A stretch of 27,443 bases of DNA from a virus (Duplodnaviria; Caudoviricetes): positions 1 through 27,443 of the IMG/VR virus record IMGVR_UViG_3300034777_000409, one strand, 5' to 3'. Both the position numbers and the translations under genes were made by a program. Shown in pieces: positions 26,048-27,443 of this stretch. Within the stretch, counting starts at the first letter, position 1. Every line of letters starts with the position of its first letter. The notes below the pieces were generated by a model, which was given only the letters and a program-made list of their open reading frames with translations, made no database searches and was not told the DNA's origin.

Positions 26048-27443
26048 ATGGCAAACACAATAAATTGGAACGCCCCCACAATAAAAGCAGGTAAAATATC
26101 AGGCAAGAGTAGCGGAGGCGGAAGAACAGCCACTCCAAACTGGACTAATATGGGCCGTGATATTGCGTCTATTGGACAAAGTATTGCCGCTGGTATGCAG
26201 ATTAGGGAGAAGAATATTCGCTATGAAAAACAACAGCAACTAGAGCTTTTAAAAAGTAGAAATGAAAGAAACGAATTGCTTTATGATCAAGTAGCTAAAA
26301 TAGACACCTTGCCTAATAATTTATTTGAGCAAAGCAAAAACCAAATGTTGTATGGCTTAATGGATAAATACATTGCTATTAAAGACGCCATGAATGACCC
26401 CAGTAGCGGTCTAGATCCAGCTGTAGGCAGAAGGGCTTTAGAGGAAATTAATGCTTCGGTAAATAAATACAAAACATTTGCACCCTCAATTCTTGCAGCG
26501 GCTAATGAATTAAAAACTGCATTAAATAAACCATTTGGCACACCTGGCGCTATTGCTGGCGGTGTTCCAACCGAACAACAAAAGTTATTGTTGTCATTAA
26601 TAGAAGGGGGAGATGTTAAGATTACAGATAAAGACGGCGTTTTCTATTTATATAATGATGACAAAGATGGTAATGTACAAAATGTATTTAATGTAGATGA
26701 ATATATGCGTGTTACTAAAAATGGGGCAGAACCGTTTAATTATTTTAGAGAAATAATAAACACTGAGGATGAAGACAAAGGAGCCGTTGCTTTATTGGGC
26801 ACTCCCCAAAACCCAGTTCGCGCGTACTACGACTACGAAACAAGTAATTCAGCGGACGGTAAAACAGAAATAAGAAACCTTGCGTGGAAAAAAGATGAAA
26901 ACGGAATACTTATTGGAAGAAAAGCCGCTATAGATAATATCGCCGCTACTGGATACAACTACCTAACAGGTGATCCTGAAGCTAAGCAAGACATGGAAGA
27001 CTTGTGGAATGATGTAATTGGTATTGACAGCGAAGGTATCACGGGCCAAGATGCTGTTTGGGATCCTAAAAACAAAACCAAAAAAACATATAAAGTTAAA
27101 GGATATACTAATGATCAAGGGAAATTTGTATTTGACCCTAAGGGGGAGGAATCTCAAATCTATAAAGACGTATTTGGCAATGAATTAAAATTAACTCAAG
27201 ATGAATTTGCAAAAAGATGGTTAGCAGAAAATGCTATACACAAGTATGCACCGCGGCCGATGGCGGTAAGCACTTCAAAAGTTAGTGAAAAAGACAAAGG
27301 CTTTATGTATAAGGTTGATGCTGCTATAAAAGCAACTGCACCTATTATATCCGGGCGTTTTGATGGAAAAGGCGCGAATTTTAAACTTGTTGATGTGGAT
27401 GGCGTTCAACAGTATCAACTGCTTCAAACAAAAGGTGGTGTAA
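26048..27443 (+). CDS. Probable internal virion/ejection protein, 3'-truncated (at least 465 aa; not in the ORF track)
   Basis: ATG at 26048 (MANTINWNAPTIKAGKISG...); I read the frame open to the window end (...LQTKGGV); the terminal TAA is out of frame. Confidence 0.8.
   Translation, partial: MANTINWNAPTIKAGKISGKSSGGGRTATPNWTNMGRDIASIGQSIAAGMQIREKNIRYEKQQQLELLKSRNERNELLYDQVAKIDTLPNNLFEQSKNQMLYGLMDKYIAIKDAMNDPSSGLDPAVGRRALEEINASVNKYKTFAPSILAAANELKTALNKPFGTPGAIAGGVPTEQQKLLLSLIEGGDVKITDKDGVFYLYNDDKDGNVQNVFNVDEYMRVTKNGAEPFNYFREIINTEDEDKGAVALLGTPQNPVRAYYDYETSNSADGKTEIRNLAWKKDENGILIGRKAAIDNIAATGYNYLTGDPEAKQDMEDLWNDVIGIDSEGITGQDAVWDPKNKTKKTYKVKGYTNDQGKFVFDPKGEESQIYKDVFGNELKLTQDEFAKRWLAENAIHKYAPRPMAVSTSKVSEKDKGFMYKVDAAIKATAPIISGRFDGKGANFKLVDVDGVQQYQLLQTKGGV

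Larger units (their letters stand above)
1..27443 (+). mobile_element. Tailed dsDNA bacteriophage genome segment (podovirus-type morphogenesis region, crAss-like gene order, probable Bacteroidota host)
   Basis: Co-oriented, tightly packed ORFs with TAATG/ATGA overlaps; terminase-portal-scaffold-capsid-tail-ejection succession; no host housekeeping context; no integrase in the window. Confidence 0.9.

Noticed and set aside
364-27157. Minus-strand and nested alternative-frame ORFs in the track (e.g. 364-654, 8857-9255, 14576-15115, 25068-25436, 26963-27157)
   Set aside because: All overlap longer + strand genes with coherent motifs; they read as antisense or frame shadows.
1-27443. tRNA, rRNA, CRISPR array, integrase/att site
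   Set aside because: Intergenic gaps are at most about 80 nt and AT-rich; no cloverleaf, regularly spaced repeats or recombinase motifs seen.
27441-27443. Terminal TAA as the stop of ORF 26048
   Set aside because: Out of frame (1396 nt from the ATG); the ORF continues beyond the window.

Overview
Gene-dense, AT-rich, entirely + strand segment of a tailed dsDNA phage. The host is most likely a Bacteroidota (Flavobacteriia-type) bacterium: genes lack Shine-Dalgarno sites, have AT-rich leaders, and include a DUF4846-like gene. From left to right: a phage chaperonin pair in groEL-groES order; a cluster of small basic or disordered proteins with shared short motifs, a HEXXH metalloprotease and a Cys-His (NlpC/P60-like) hydrolase; a secreted DUF4846-like protein and a holin; a second, tandem-domain GroES-like protein; then a podovirus morphogenesis module in crAss-like order (terminase, portal, scaffold-like, major capsid, tail ring/adaptor proteins, two-gene tail stabilisation/muzzle, GNAT-like protein, ejection proteins, the last cut by the window edge). 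Most notable observations: (1) a 42-aa ungapped N-terminal leader shared by a left-cluster protein and the ejection protein 23 kb away; (2) a 90-nt in-frame duplication of the hydrolase's putative catalytic-Cys segment into the upstream gene, with both cysteines lost and A-biased mismatches; (3) two different co-chaperonins. All family assignments come from motif recognition by eye, not database searches.
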